Origin: Burkholderiales bacterium
Lineage (GTDB): Bacteria > Pseudomonadota > Gammaproteobacteria > Burkholderiales > Burkholderiaceae_C
Length of the DNA: 60,882 nt
Direction of reading: 5' to 3'
NCBI GenBank assembly: GCA_028868875.1
Contig: JAGWTS010000001.1
Location: 1 to 60,882 of the forward strand
The number at the start of each line of letters is the position of its first letter. Positions within the stretch are counted from its first letter, which is position 1. Of this stretch, positions 33,119 to 43,117 are shown piece after piece. The notes under the pieces are model-generated. The model worked only from the letters and a program-made list of their open reading frames with translations. It ran no database searches and was not told the origin of the DNA. The position numbers were made by a program, and so were the translations under genes.

Positions 33119-34349
33119 GTCGAGTGATTCGCTCGCCGCCTTGCGCGACCCGGCGACGATCCGCCTGCGCTCGGCCGCGATCGCGCGCGCCGTGGCCGAC
33201 GGCCGATCGGGCCTGTTCCGCCTCGACCGCAGCCGCCTCGCCGAGGTTGCAGAGCGCGTCGCCGCGCTCACGCTGCGGCGCTTCCCCGACCTGAATGTGC
33301 CGATCCACGGCCGCTGGCGCCACTTCGAGGCCGGCGGCGTCGACCGCAAGGCGCGCTTCGATGCCGCGCTCGCCGGGCGCGACGTGGCCGAGGCCGCGCG
33401 CGCGCGCTTCGACCTCACGGTGCTCGCCGTGCTGCTCGATGCCGGCGCCGGCGGCGCCTGGCGCTACGAGCAGGACGGGCGCGAATACCGGCGCAGCGAA
33501 GGCCTGGCGGTGGCGAGCTTCGAGGCCTTCGTCGGCGGCGCCTTCTCGGAGCGGGCCGATGACTTGTTGCGCGCCGACGCGGCGCGGCTGCAGCGCGTCG
33601 ATGCCGAGACCCTCGGCCCCCTCTTCCAGGTCGGCAACGGCAATGCGATGGTCGGGCTCGAGGGCCGCGCCGCGCTCTTGTCGCGCCTGGGCGCGACGCT
33701 CGTGCGCGAGGCCGAGCGCGACGGGCTCGAGGCGCGCCCGGGGCTGATCTACGACCGCCTCGTCGCCGGCGGCAGCAAGCAGGTGCAGGCGGCGCAGCTC
33801 CTGGGCGAGCTGCTGCGCTGCCTGGGCCCGATCTGGACCGCGGGCAGCCGCATCAAGGGCGTGGCCGCGGGCGATGTCTGGCCGCACCGCTTCGCCGGCG
33901 CCGAGACCGCGGCCGGTGCCGACTTCACCAGCGCCGGCTACGTGCCCTTGCACAAGCTCAGCCAATGGCTGGCGTATTCGCTCGTCGAGCCGCTGCAATG
34001 GGCCGGAATCGAGGTCGTCGGGCTCGACGCCTTGACGGGCCTGGCCGAATACCGCAACGGCGGCCTGCTGCTCGACGCCGGCGTCATCGTCGCGCGTGAC
34101 GCCCGCCTGCTCGCCAGGCCCTGGAAGCCGGCGGACGAGCTCGTCGTCGAATGGCGGGCGCTGACGGTTGCCCTGCTCGACGAGCTCGCCCCGCTCGTGC
34201 GCCAGCGCCTCGGCCCCGGCGCCGCGGCGCTGACGCTGGCCCAGCTGCTCGAAGGCGGCACCTGGGCCGCCGGGCGCGAGATCGCCGCCGAGCGCCGCGC
34301 GGGGGGCGTGCCGCCGCTGCAGATCGAGAGCGACGGAACGATTTTCTGA
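33105..34349 (+). CDS. URC4/Urg3 (DUF1688) family protein
   Basis: HGRWRHFEAGG, VLLDAGAG..W.Y, RSEGLAVAS, HKLSQWLAYSL, TGLAEYRNGGL, LEGGTW, SDGTIF. Confidence 0.92.
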   Translation: MLLNESSDSLAALRDPATIRLRSAAIARAVADGRSGLFRLDRSRLAEVAERVAALTLRRFPDLNVPIHGRWRHFEAGGVDRKARFDAALAGRDVAEAARARFDLTVLAVLLDAGAGGAWRYEQDGREYRRSEGLAVASFEAFVGGAFSERADDLLRADAARLQRVDAETLGPLFQVGNGNAMVGLEGRAALLSRLGATLVREAERDGLEARPGLIYDRLVAGGSKQVQAAQLLGELLRCLGPIWTAGSRIKGVAAGDVWPHRFAGAETAAGADFTSAGYVPLHKLSQWLAYSLVEPLQWAGIEVVGLDALTGLAEYRNGGLLLDAGVIVARDARLLARPWKPADELVVEWRALTVALLDELAPLVRQRLGPGAAALTLAQLLEGGTWAAGREIAAERRAGGVPPLQIESDGTIF

Positions 34350-34367
34350 AACGGAAAGACCGAGCCG

Positions 34368-34994
34368 ATGAGCGTCACCACCATCACCCACCCGCTGGTC
34401 CAGCACAAGCTCACGCTGATGCGCCAGAAGGACCGCAGCACCAACAGCTTCCGGCGCCTGCTGCACGAGATCGGCATGCTCATGGCCTACGAGGTCACGC
34501 GCGAGATGCCGGTGCAGATGATCGAGATCGAGACCCCGCTCGAGAAGATGAGGGCCCCGGTCATCGACGGCAAGAAGACGGTCTTCGTCGTCGTCATGCG
34601 CGCTGGCGACGGCTTTCTCGACGGCATGCTCGAGGTCGTTCCGGGCGCCCGCGTCGGCCACATCGGGCTCTACCGCGACCCCAAGACCCTGGTCGCGGTG
34701 GAGTACTACTTCAAGATGCCGCAGGACATGCACGAGCGCGATGCGATCGTGCTCGACCCGATGCTCGCCACCGGCAACTCGGCGGTCGCCGCGGTCGACC
34801 GCCTGAAGGAAACGCGGCCGCGCTCGATCCGCTTCGTGAGCCTGCTCGCCGCGCCCGAAGGCCTGGCCAAGTTCCAGGCGCATCACCCCGACGTGCCGGT
34901 CTACACCGCGGCCATCGACCGCCAGCTGAACGACCACGGCTACATCGTCCCCGGACTCGGCGACGCCGGCGACCGCATCTTCGGCACCAAGTAA
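34368..34994 (+). CDS. upp: Uracil phosphoribosyltransferase
   Basis: [43 protein letters not shown]. Confidence 0.97.
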   Translation: MSVTTITHPLVQHKLTLMRQKDRSTNSFRRLLHEIGMLMAYEVTREMPVQMIEIETPLEKMRAPVIDGKKTVFVVVMRAGDGFLDGMLEVVPGARVGHIGLYRDPKTLVAVEYYFKMPQDMHERDAIVLDPMLATGNSAVAAVDRLKETRPRSIRFVSLLAAPEGLAKFQAHHPDVPVYTAAIDRQLNDHGYIVPGLGDAGDRIFGTK

Positions 34995-35006
34995 GGCCGC
35001 GCGGCG

Positions 35007-36281
35007 ATGCTGGTGCGCAATGCGACCCTGGTCGACGGCCGCAGCGGCATCGACCTGCTCGTCCAGGAAGGCCGCATCGCCGCGCTCGGCCCGAGTCTCG
35101 CGGCGCCGCCCGAGGCCGAGGTCGTCGAAGCCGGCGGCTGGCTGCTGAGCCCCCCTTTCGTCGACGCCCATTTCCACATGGACGCGACGCTCAGCCACGG
35201 CCTGCCGCGCGTCAACGAAAGCGGCACCCTGCTCGAAGGCATCGCCCTGTGGGGCGAGTTGAAGCCGATGCTGACGCAGGAGGCCCTCGTCGAGCGCGCC
35301 CTCGCCTATTGCGACTGGGCGGTGGCGCGCGGGCTGCTTGCGATCCGCTCGCATGTCGATGTCTGCGATCCGCGGCTGCTCGCGGTCGAGGCCTTGCTCG
35401 AAGTGCGCCGGCGCGTCGCGCCGTACATCGACTTGCAGCTCGTCGCGTTTCCGCAGGACGGGTTGCTGCGCGCGCCCGGGGCCTGGGACCAGCTCGTGCG
35501 CGCGCTCGACCTCGGCGTCGACGTCGTCGGCGGCATTCCGCATTTCGAGCGCAGCGCCGCCGACGGCACTGAGAGCGTGCGCCGGCTGTGCGAGCTCGCG
35601 GCCGAGCGTGGCCTGCGCGTGGACCTGCATTGCGACGAGACCGACGACCCGCAATCGCGCCACGTCGAGACCCTGGCCTATCACGCGCAACGCCTGGGCC
35701 TGCAGGGCCGGGTCACGGGCTCGCACCTCACGTCGATGCATTCGATGGACAACGACTACGTCGCCAAGCTGCTGCCCTTGATGGCCGAAGCCGGGCTGCA
35801 CGCGGTGGCGAACCCGCTCATCAACATCACGCTGCAGGGCCGGCGCGACGGCTATCCGAAACGGCGCGGCATGACGCGCGTGCCCGAGCTGCTTGCGGCC
35901 GGGGTGAATGTCGCTTTCGGTCACGATTGCGTCATGGACCCCTGGTACGCGCTCGGTTCGGCCGACATGCTCGAGGTCGCCTCGATGGGCCTGCACGTCG
36001 CGCAGATGACCTCGGCCGCAGCGATGCGCCAATGCTTCGACGCGGTGACGACGAACGCGGCGCGCGTGCTCGGCCTCGAAGGCTACGGCCTCGAGCCCGG
36101 ATGCCGCGCCGATTTCGTGCTGCTGCAGGCGCGCAGCCCGGCCGAAGCCCTCCGCCTGCGCGCGCAACGCCTCGTTGTGGTGCGCGGCGGCAAGGTCCTG
36201 GCGCGGGCCCCGCAAGCGGTCATGTCGCTGAACCTCGCGGGCCGTCCCGCGGCCGTGGATTTCACGCGACACCCGGGCTGA
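35007..36281 (+). CDS. codA: Cytosine deaminase-like amidohydrolase
   Basis: DAHFHMD, NESGTLLEGI, VAFPQDG, GGIPHFE, HCDETDD, SHLTSM, FGHDCVMDPWY. Confidence 0.88.
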   Translation: MLVRNATLVDGRSGIDLLVQEGRIAALGPSLAAPPEAEVVEAGGWLLSPPFVDAHFHMDATLSHGLPRVNESGTLLEGIALWGELKPMLTQEALVERALAYCDWAVARGLLAIRSHVDVCDPRLLAVEALLEVRRRVAPYIDLQLVAFPQDGLLRAPGAWDQLVRALDLGVDVVGGIPHFERSAADGTESVRRLCELAAERGLRVDLHCDETDDPQSRHVETLAYHAQRLGLQGRVTGSHLTSMHSMDNDYVAKLLPLMAEAGLHAVANPLINITLQGRRDGYPKRRGMTRVPELLAAGVNVAFGHDCVMDPWYALGSADMLEVASMGLHVAQMTSAAAMRQCFDAVTTNAARVLGLEGYGLEPGCRADFVLLQARSPAEALRLRAQRLVVVRGGKVLARAPQAVMSLNLAGRPAAVDFTRHPG

Positions 36282-36357
36282 TTCGATCCCGACCCGCCGA
36301 GGGGGGCTTCGCTAGAATCGATTCGACAACCCGGCCGGACGCCTTCCCCTCCCGCTC

Positions 36358-36975
36358 ATGAAACTCATCGGTTCGCTCACCAGCCCCTACGTCCGCAAGG
36401 TGCGCGTCGTCATGGCCGAGAAGAAGCTCGACTTCCAGCTCGTGCTCGAAGACCCCTGGAACACCGACGCGGTGCTCAAGCTCAACCCGCTGGGCAAGGT
36501 GCCCTGCCTGGTGATGGAAGGCGGCGAGGCGGTCTTCGATTCGCGCGTCATCGTCGAGTACCTGGACACGCTCTCGCCGGTGGGCAAGCTCATTCCGCCG
36601 CCGGGGCGCGAGCGCATCGAGGTGCGCACCTGGGAGTCGCTGGCCGACGGCACGCTCGACGCCCTCATCCTCGCGCGCCTCGAGGCCACCTGGCCCGGCC
36701 GCGCCGAGGCCGAGCGCTCGCCGGCCTGGATCGAGCGCCAGATGCGCGCCGTCAACGCCTCGCTCAAGGCCATGAGCCAGGGCCTGGGCGAGAAGGCCTG
36801 GTGCTGCGGCACGCATTTCTCGCTCGCCGATGTCGCCGCCGGCTGCGCCCTGGGTTATCTCGATTTCCGCTTTCCGCAGATCGACTGGCGCGGTTCGTAT
36901 CCGAACCTGCAGCGCCTGGCTGAAAAACTCGCCGCACGCCCGAGCTTCGCCGACACCCTGCCGCCCGCGGCCTGA
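36358..36975 (+). CDS. Glutathione S-transferase
   Basis: SPYVRKVR, NPLGKVP, DSRVIVEYLD, SLADVA. Confidence 0.94.
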   Translation: MKLIGSLTSPYVRKVRVVMAEKKLDFQLVLEDPWNTDAVLKLNPLGKVPCLVMEGGEAVFDSRVIVEYLDTLSPVGKLIPPPGRERIEVRTWESLADGTLDALILARLEATWPGRAEAERSPAWIERQMRAVNASLKAMSQGLGEKAWCCGTHFSLADVAAGCALGYLDFRFPQIDWRGSYPNLQRLAEKLAARPSFADTLPPAA

Positions 36976-37595
36976 TGTTCACGGACCGGCACAGCTACGA
37001 GCCGCGCCACGGCCACGGCCTGGCGCACGATCCGTTCAATGCCATCGTCGGCCCGCGACCGATCGGCTGGATCTCGACGCGCAGCCGTGCCGGAGCCCTC
37101 AACCTCGCGCCCTACAGCTTCTTCAACGCCTTCAACTACACGCCGCCGATCATCGGTTTCGCGAGCCTGGGGCTGAAGGACACGCTGCGCAACCTCAACG
37201 AGACCGGCGAGTTCGTCTGGAACCTCGCCACGCGGCCGCTGGCCGAGGCGATGAACCAGACCTGCGCCGCGGTGCCGCCCGAGGTCGACGAATTCGCCCT
37301 CGCCGGGCTCACCCCGGTGGCGTCGTCGCTGGTCGCGCCGCCGCGCGTCGGTGAGAGTCCGGTCGCCTTCGAATGCCGGCTCACGCAGCAGATCCAGCTC
37401 CAGGGCCTGGACGGCAGGCCGGTCGCGACCTGGCTCAACCTGGGCGAGGTGGTGGCCGTGCACATCGCACGCGAGTTCATCGTCGAGGGCGTCTACGACA
37501 CCGCGCTGGCCAGCCCGGTTCTGCGCGGCGGCGGGCCGGCCGACTATTTCGGCATCGGCGCGGCCCAGCGCTTCAGGATGCTCAGACCGGCTTAG
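36975..37595 (+). CDS. Flavin reductase-like (DIM6/NTAB) protein
   Basis: PRPIGWIST, NLAPYSFFN, KDTLRN..ETGEF, ESPVAFEC. Confidence 0.92.
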   Translation: MFTDRHSYEPRHGHGLAHDPFNAIVGPRPIGWISTRSRAGALNLAPYSFFNAFNYTPPIIGFASLGLKDTLRNLNETGEFVWNLATRPLAEAMNQTCAAVPPEVDEFALAGLTPVASSLVAPPRVGESPVAFECRLTQQIQLQGLDGRPVATWLNLGEVVAVHIAREFIVEGVYDTALASPVLRGGGPADYFGIGAAQRFRMLRPA

Positions 37596-39255
37596 CGTAG
37601 CGGTTGTCGTCGGCGGGCGCGAAGCGGTCGGCGCGCGCCGCCGGCCAGTAGAAGCGGTAGACGTTGTGCGGCCAGTCGCTGCGGCCTTCGACCGCGTCGA
37701 TCAGCGCCCCGGGCGTGAGCAGGTGCAGCTCGTTGGCGAGCAGCCGGATCTCGCTGTCCGAGACCCGGTGCACGATGTGCGAGGCGGTGATGCGGTTCGG
37801 GTGCTCGAGCCCGGCCGCCTGCACCAGCTCCTTCAAGGCCTTGAGCGTGTTCTCGTGGAAGCGCCAGACGCGCTCGGCCTTGTCGGGCACGACCAGCGCC
37901 CGCTGGCGCTGCGGATCCTGCGTCGTGACCCCGGTCGGGCAGTTGCCGGTGTGGCAGGTCTGGGCCTGGATGCAGCCGAGCGCGAACATGTAGCCGCGCG
38001 CGGCGTTGCACCAGTCGGCGCCGATCGCCAGCATGCGCGCGATGTCGAAGGCGCCGATCACCTTGCCCGCGGCGCCGAGCTTGATGCGGTGGCGCAGGTT
38101 CAGCCCGGTGAGCGTGTTGTGCACCAGCAGCAGCCCTTCCTGCAGCGGCGCACCGACGTGGTCGGTGAACTCCAGCGGCGCCGCGCCGGTGCCGCCTTCG
38201 GCGCCGTCGACGACGATGAAGTCGGGCAGCAGCCCGGTCTCGAGCATGGCCTTGGCGATCGCGAACCATTCCCAGGGGTGGCCGATGCAGAGCTTGAAGC
38301 CGGTGGGCTTGCCACCCGAGAGCTGGCGCAGGCGCTCGACGAACTGCATCAGCCCGATCGGGTTGTCGAAGGCGCTGTGCTGGGCCGGGCTGATGCAGTC
38401 CACGCCCGCCGGCACGCCGCGCGCGTTGGCGATCTCGATCGTCACCTTCGGCCCGGGCAGCATGCCGCCGTGGCCGGGCTTGGCGCCCTGGCTGAGCTTG
38501 ATCTCGATGAGCTTGACCTGCGGGTCGGCCGCGGTCGCGGCGAAGCGCTCGGGGCTGAAGCTGCCGTCGTCGTTGCGGCAGCCGAAATAGCCCGAGGCCA
38601 CTTCCCAGATCAGGTCGCCGCCGTGCACGCGGTGGTGCTGGCTGATCGAGCCTTCGCCGGTGTCGTGCGCGAAGCCGCCCTTCTTCGCCCCGGCGTTGAG
38701 CGAGAGGATGGCGTTCGCGCTCAAGGCGCCGAAGCTCATGGCCGAGATGTTGAACAGGCTCGCGCTGTAGGGCTGGGTGCACGAGGTGCCGCCGCCGCCG
38801 ATGAGGACGCGGAAGTCGTGCGAGTCGATCTTCGTCGGCGCGAGCGAATGGTTCATCCACTCGTAGCCGCCGGCGCCGACGTCGAGCTGGGTGCCGAAGG
38901 GCCGCTTGTCGGAATCGTCCTTCGAGCGCTGGTAGACGAGCGAGCGCTGGGTGCGCGAAAAGGGGTTGGCCTCGGTGTCGCTTTCGATGAAGTACTGGCG
39001 GATCTCCAGGCGCACGAACTCGAGCAGGAAGCGGATGTGGCCGATCACCGGGTAGTTGCGCAGGATCGAATGGCGGCGCTGGCGCGAATCGCGCCAGCCC
39101 AGGCCGACCAGGAAGAGGCACAGCAGCGCGATCCCGCCGCCCATGTCGAAGGCGATCCAGGTGAAGGTGGCCAGCAGCAGGCCGATGGCGGCGCCGAGCC
39201 AGGCCAGGTAGCGCACCGGAAAATGGCGGTCGATTCGGTGCAACCACTCGTGCAT
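37582..39255 (-). CDS. FMN-binding glutamate synthase family protein (membrane-anchored)
   Basis: N-terminal TMs, NISAMSFGALS, TGEG, EIKLSQGAKPGHGG, DGAEGGTGAAP, CIQAQTCHTGNCPTG. Confidence 0.93.
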   Translation of the reverse strand: MHEWLHRIDRHFPVRYLAWLGAAIGLLLATFTWIAFDMGGGIALLCLFLVGLGWRDSRQRRHSILRNYPVIGHIRFLLEFVRLEIRQYFIESDTEANPFSRTQRSLVYQRSKDDSDKRPFGTQLDVGAGGYEWMNHSLAPTKIDSHDFRVLIGGGGTSCTQPYSASLFNISAMSFGALSANAILSLNAGAKKGGFAHDTGEGSISQHHRVHGGDLIWEVASGYFGCRNDDGSFSPERFAATAADPQVKLIEIKLSQGAKPGHGGMLPGPKVTIEIANARGVPAGVDCISPAQHSAFDNPIGLMQFVERLRQLSGGKPTGFKLCIGHPWEWFAIAKAMLETGLLPDFIVVDGAEGGTGAAPLEFTDHVGAPLQEGLLLVHNTLTGLNLRHRIKLGAAGKVIGAFDIARMLAIGADWCNAARGYMFALGCIQAQTCHTGNCPTGVTTQDPQRQRALVVPDKAERVWRFHENTLKALKELVQAAGLEHPNRITASHIVHRVSDSEIRLLANELHLLTPGALIDAVEGRSDWPHNVYRFYWPAARADRFAPADDNRYAKPV

Positions 39256-39390
39256 GCGGCTTCCCCTGGGGTTTGTCCCCGGCTCGATCCGGCGCATCGT
39301 AGCGAAGCCCGCCGCGGCCCGGCACGCGGCTTACCCGGTGTCGGGGTGAAGGCAGGGCGGCCGCGGCTGGCTATACTCACGCCCACTGAC

Positions 39391-39444
39391 AGCGCCGATT
39401 TGTTCCGGATTGCGGGCGCTCTAACAAATGCCGCTAAAGAGGGA
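39391..39444 (+). ncRNA. SAM-II riboswitch
   Basis: AGCGCCGATTTGTT-CCGGA-TTGCGGGCGCT-CT-AACAAAT-GCC-GCTAAAGAGGGA fits the SAM-II pseudoknot (P1 AGCGCC/GGCGCT; ATTTGTT/AACAAAT; GCTAAA). Upstream of metX, with TATACT -10 at 39372. Confidence 0.88.
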
Positions 39445-39446
39445 CC

Positions 39447-39480
39447 ACCCGGCTCCCGCTTTCGCGTTGCCGGGTTTTTC
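39447..39480 (+). terminator. Intrinsic terminator-like hairpin between SAM-II and metX
   Basis: ACCCGGC...GCCGGGT followed by TTTTCATT, directly before ATG 39485. Confidence 0.5.
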
Positions 39481-39484
39481 ATTC

Positions 39485-40606
39485 ATGGCAGCTATCGGCC
39501 CCGTCACTCCCCAGCGAATGGATTTCAGCGAGCCGCTGCCCTTGCGCAGCGGCGCCGTGCTCGCGCCTTATTCGCTCGTCTACGAAACCTACGGCCGCTT
39601 GAGCGCCGACAAGAGCAACGCGGTGCTGGTTTGCCACGCGCTCAACGCCAGCCACCATGTGGCCGGCGTCGACGAGAACGGCGCCACCGGCTGGTGGGAC
39701 AACCTCGTCGGCCCGGGCAAGCCGCTGGACACCGACCGCTTCTTCGTCATCGGCGTCAACAACCCCGGCTCCTGCTTCGGCTCGACCGGGCCGGCCGACT
39801 TCAACGCGGTGACGGGACGCGCCTGGGGCGCCGACTTTCCGGTGGTCACGGTCGAGGACTGGGTCGATGCCCAGGTGCGGCTCATCGACCGCCTGGGCAT
39901 CGGCCAGCTCGCCGCGGTCATCGGCGGCAGCCTGGGCGGCATGCAGGCCCTGGCCTGGACCCTGCGCCACCCGCAGCGGCTGCGCCACTGCATCGCGGTC
40001 GCGACCGCGCCCAACCTGTCGGCGCAGAACATCGCCTTCAACGAGGTGGCGCGGCGCGCCATCGTCACCGACCCCGAATTCCACGGCGGCCATTTCTACG
40101 AGCACGGCGTGGTCCCGAAGCGCGGCCTGCGCGTGGCGCGCATGATCGGCCACATCACCTACCTCTCGGACGATGCGATGGAAGCCAAGTTCGGGCGCGA
40201 GTTGCGCGCCGCCGAGCTCGGCTACAGCACGCAGGAGATCGAGTTCCAGATCGAGAGCTACCTGCGCCACCAGGGCGACAAGTTCAGCGAGTACTTCGAC
40301 GCCAACACCTATCTGCTGATCACGCGCGCGCTCGACTACTTCGACCCCGCGCGCGAGTTCGGCGGCGACCTCGCGCGCGCCTTTGCCGCGGCGCGCGGCC
40401 ACCGCTTCCTGCTCGTGAGCTTCACGACCGACTGGCGCTTCTCGCCCGCGCGCTCGCGCGAGATCGTCAAGGCCCTCGTCGACAACCGCATCGAGGTGAG
40501 CTATGCCGAGATCGACGCGCCGCACGGCCACGACGCCTTCCTGCTCGACGACGCGCGCTACCACGGCGTGCTGCGCGCCTATTTCGCGGGGATGAGCGAT
40601 GTCTGA
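39485..40606 (+). CDS. metX: Homoserine O-acyltransferase MetX
   Basis: [44 protein letters not shown]. Confidence 0.96.
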   Translation: MAAIGPVTPQRMDFSEPLPLRSGAVLAPYSLVYETYGRLSADKSNAVLVCHALNASHHVAGVDENGATGWWDNLVGPGKPLDTDRFFVIGVNNPGSCFGSTGPADFNAVTGRAWGADFPVVTVEDWVDAQVRLIDRLGIGQLAAVIGGSLGGMQALAWTLRHPQRLRHCIAVATAPNLSAQNIAFNEVARRAIVTDPEFHGGHFYEHGVVPKRGLRVARMIGHITYLSDDAMEAKFGRELRAAELGYSTQEIEFQIESYLRHQGDKFSEYFDANTYLLITRALDYFDPAREFGGDLARAFAAARGHRFLLVSFTTDWRFSPARSREIVKALVDNRIEVSYAEIDAPHGHDAFLLDDARYHGVLRAYFAGMSDV

Positions 40607-41183
40607 GCGGCGCGACCTGGAGATCCTCGCCGAGCTCGTTCCCGCGGGCTCGCGCGTGCTCGACCTCGGCTGCGGCAGCGGCGAGTTCCTCGCCCACCTG
40701 AAGCGCCACAAGGGCTGCAGCGGCTACGGCGTCGAGATCGCCGACGCCGACGTGCTCGGCTGCGTGCAGCGCGGCGTCGACGTGATCCAGCTCAACCTCG
40801 AGGAAGGGCTGGCGCTGTTCGAGGACCGCAGCTTCGACGTCGTGCTCCAGATCGACACCCTGCAGCACCTGCGCAATACCGAGCGCATGCTGCGCGAGAC
40901 CGCGCGCGTGGGCCGCATCGGCATCGTGAGCTTTCCCAACTTCGCCCACTGGCCGAACCGCCTGCGCGTCGTCGGCGGGCGCATGCCGGTGACGCGGACG
41001 CTGCCCTACCAGTGGTACGACACGCCCAACATCCGCGTCGGCACCTTCGCCGATTTCGAGGTGCTGGCGCGCAAGACCGGCCTCGCGGTGAGCGACAGCT
41101 TCGGCCTGCAGGGCGGACGCGTCGTGCGGCGCTGGCCGAACCTGCTCGCCAGCGTCGCGGTCTTCAAGTTCGAGCGCGAGTAA
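40599..41183 (+). CDS. metW: Methionine biosynthesis protein MetW
   Basis: [29 protein letters not shown]; follows metX. Confidence 0.95.
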   Translation: MSERRDLEILAELVPAGSRVLDLGCGSGEFLAHLKRHKGCSGYGVEIADADVLGCVQRGVDVIQLNLEEGLALFEDRSFDVVLQIDTLQHLRNTERMLRETARVGRIGIVSFPNFAHWPNRLRVVGGRMPVTRTLPYQWYDTPNIRVGTFADFEVLARKTGLAVSDSFGLQGGRVVRRWPNLLASVAVFKFERE

Positions 41184-43086
41184 GCGCCGCCGCCGGCAGC
41201 GGCGAGGCCGCCAGCCGCAGCGTGAACGCCGAACCGACGCCGGGCTGGCTGCGCACGTCGATGTGCCCGCCCATGGCTTCGGCGAGCTGGCGTGAGAGCG
41301 CCAGGCCGAGCCCGGTTCCGGCGATTTTGCTGTTCTGCGCGCCGGCGCGCTCGAAAGGGTTGAACAGGCGCTCGATCTGGCTCGGCACCAGGCCGATCCC
41401 GGTGTCGCGGACCGTGATCGCCTGCGCTGCGCCGTCGCCGGCGGCTTCGAATTCGATCCGGCCCAGCGGCCGGTTGTACTTGATGGCGTTGGACACCAGG
41501 TTGCTGAAGACCTGCTTGAGCCGCACCGTGTCGGCGCGCACCCAGGCCGTCGCCGGCAGGCGGTCGACCAGGCTCAGGCCGGCGGCGGCGGCATCGGCGG
41601 CGTGCATGGTCCAGACGCTGCGCAGCAGCGCCACCGCGTCGAGCGGGGCCAGCACGACCGGGAGCTGGCCGGTCTGCGCGCTCGACAGGTCGAGCAGGTC
41701 GTTCACCAGCGCCAGCAGGTGGCGGCTGCTGTCGATCAGGTGGTGCACCCAGTCCTGCTGGCGCGGCGTGCCCGCGCCTTCGAGCTCGAGCAGCTGGGCG
41801 AAGCCCATGATCGCGTTCAGGGGCGTGCGCAACTCGTGGCTCACGCGCGAGAGGAAGGCGCTCTGCGCCTTCTGGGCGGCGGCGTTGCGCTCGCGCTCGC
41901 GCCGCAAGGTCTCGGCTTCATGGCGCTCGCTGATGTCGGTGTGGGTGCCGATCATGCGCAAGGGTCGGCCGGCGCCATCGCGCTCGATCACGAGGCCGCG
42001 CGTCAGCACCCATTTCCAGCTCCCGTCGCGGCAGCGCATGCGGTGCTCGCTGCGGTAGGCCGGGGTCTCGCCGCGCAGGTGGGCTTCGCGCGCCTGCAGC
42101 TTGGCGCCGCGATCTTCCGGATGGGTCAGGGCGTCGAGCGCGTCGCTGCGGTTGCCGTGGTCGGCGGCCTCGAGCCCGTACATCTGCAGCAGCCCGGGCG
42201 AGACCACCTCGTAGCCGGCGTCGATGGCCCAGTCCCAGAAGCCGTCGCCGGTGCTCTCCAGCGCCAGCTTCCAGCGCGCCTCGTTGTCGCGCAGCGCGCG
42301 TTCGGCTTCCTGGCGCGCGCTGATGTCGACGATGACGCCCACGCGCGTGCCGCCGCTCTCGTCCGCGTGGACCGAGGACGAGGTGTGCTGGACCCAGCGC
42401 ACGCTGCCGTCGGCGCGCACGATCCGGAATTCCGCCAGCGCCGCGCGCCCGCCGTCGTCCGCCGCTTCGATCGCCGCGACCGCGGCGGCGTGGTCGGCGG
42501 GGTGGTTCATGCGGCGCAGGGCCTCGCCGTCGGCCAGCACCTCGGCCGGGTCCAGGCCGTAGAGCGCGCGCACGCCTTCGCTCACGAAACTGAAGCGGCG
42601 CCGGCCGTCGCGCCCGAGGTGCTGGCGATAGACGACGCCCGGCACCTGGTTCGCGATCTCGCGCAGGCGCTGCTCGCTCGCGGCGAGCGCGGCCTGGGCC
42701 GTGACGCGGTCGGTCACCTCCTCGACCGTGCCTTCGTAGCAGAGCACGTGGCCCTGGGCGTCGCGCAACGTGTAGGCGTTCTCGCTGATCCAGACGCGCT
42801 CGCGCGTGCGGTGGCGGTAGACCTCGGAGACGAAGCCGCGCACGAAGCCGTCGCGCTGCATCGCGGCGCTGAACTGCTGCCGCCGCTCGGGCAGGACGTA
42901 CCACTCGCGCTCGATGTCGTGCACCGCGGCGAGCAGCTCGGCCTCGCTCGCGTAGTCGTTGAAGCGCACCAGCACCGGGTTGGCGCGCAGCATGCGGCCG
43001 CCCGGGACCGAGCGATAGGCGCCGATCGGCAGATGGTCGAAGAGGGAGGATCGCGGCTCGTCGCCGGCATCCGTCGGCCTGTCCAT
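41164..43086 (-). CDS. Cytoplasmic multi-PAS sensor histidine kinase
   Basis: Three PAS/PAC domains, FLSRVSHELRTPLNAI, NAIKYN, DTGIG, GTGLGL; no receiver domain. Confidence 0.92.
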   Translation of the reverse strand: MDRPTDAGDEPRSSLFDHLPIGAYRSVPGGRMLRANPVLVRFNDYASEAELLAAVHDIEREWYVLPERRQQFSAAMQRDGFVRGFVSEVYRHRTRERVWISENAYTLRDAQGHVLCYEGTVEEVTDRVTAQAALAASEQRLREIANQVPGVVYRQHLGRDGRRRFSFVSEGVRALYGLDPAEVLADGEALRRMNHPADHAAAVAAIEAADDGGRAALAEFRIVRADGSVRWVQHTSSSVHADESGGTRVGVIVDISARQEAERALRDNEARWKLALESTGDGFWDWAIDAGYEVVSPGLLQMYGLEAADHGNRSDALDALTHPEDRGAKLQAREAHLRGETPAYRSEHRMRCRDGSWKWVLTRGLVIERDGAGRPLRMIGTHTDISERHEAETLRRERERNAAAQKAQSAFLSRVSHELRTPLNAIMGFAQLLELEGAGTPRQQDWVHHLIDSSRHLLALVNDLLDLSSAQTGQLPVVLAPLDAVALLRSVWTMHAADAAAAGLSLVDRLPATAWVRADTVRLKQVFSNLVSNAIKYNRPLGRIEFEAAGDGAAQAITVRDTGIGLVPSQIERLFNPFERAGAQNSKIAGTGLGLALSRQLAEAMGGHIDVRSQPGVGSAFTLRLAASPLPAAALTRART

Positions 43087-43117
43087 GGCGGCTATTGTGC
43101 GGCGCCGCGCCGCGGCG

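Noticed and set aside
39428-39484. Longer MetX starting at ATG 39428
   Set aside because: That ATG lies inside the SAM-II aptamer and the extension is not MetX-like.
41164-43086. Orphan PAS kinases as a novel signalling system (also 20804-24061)
   Set aside because: Common architectures in this group; no LOV (GxNCRFLQ) or other distinctive sensor motif was seen.
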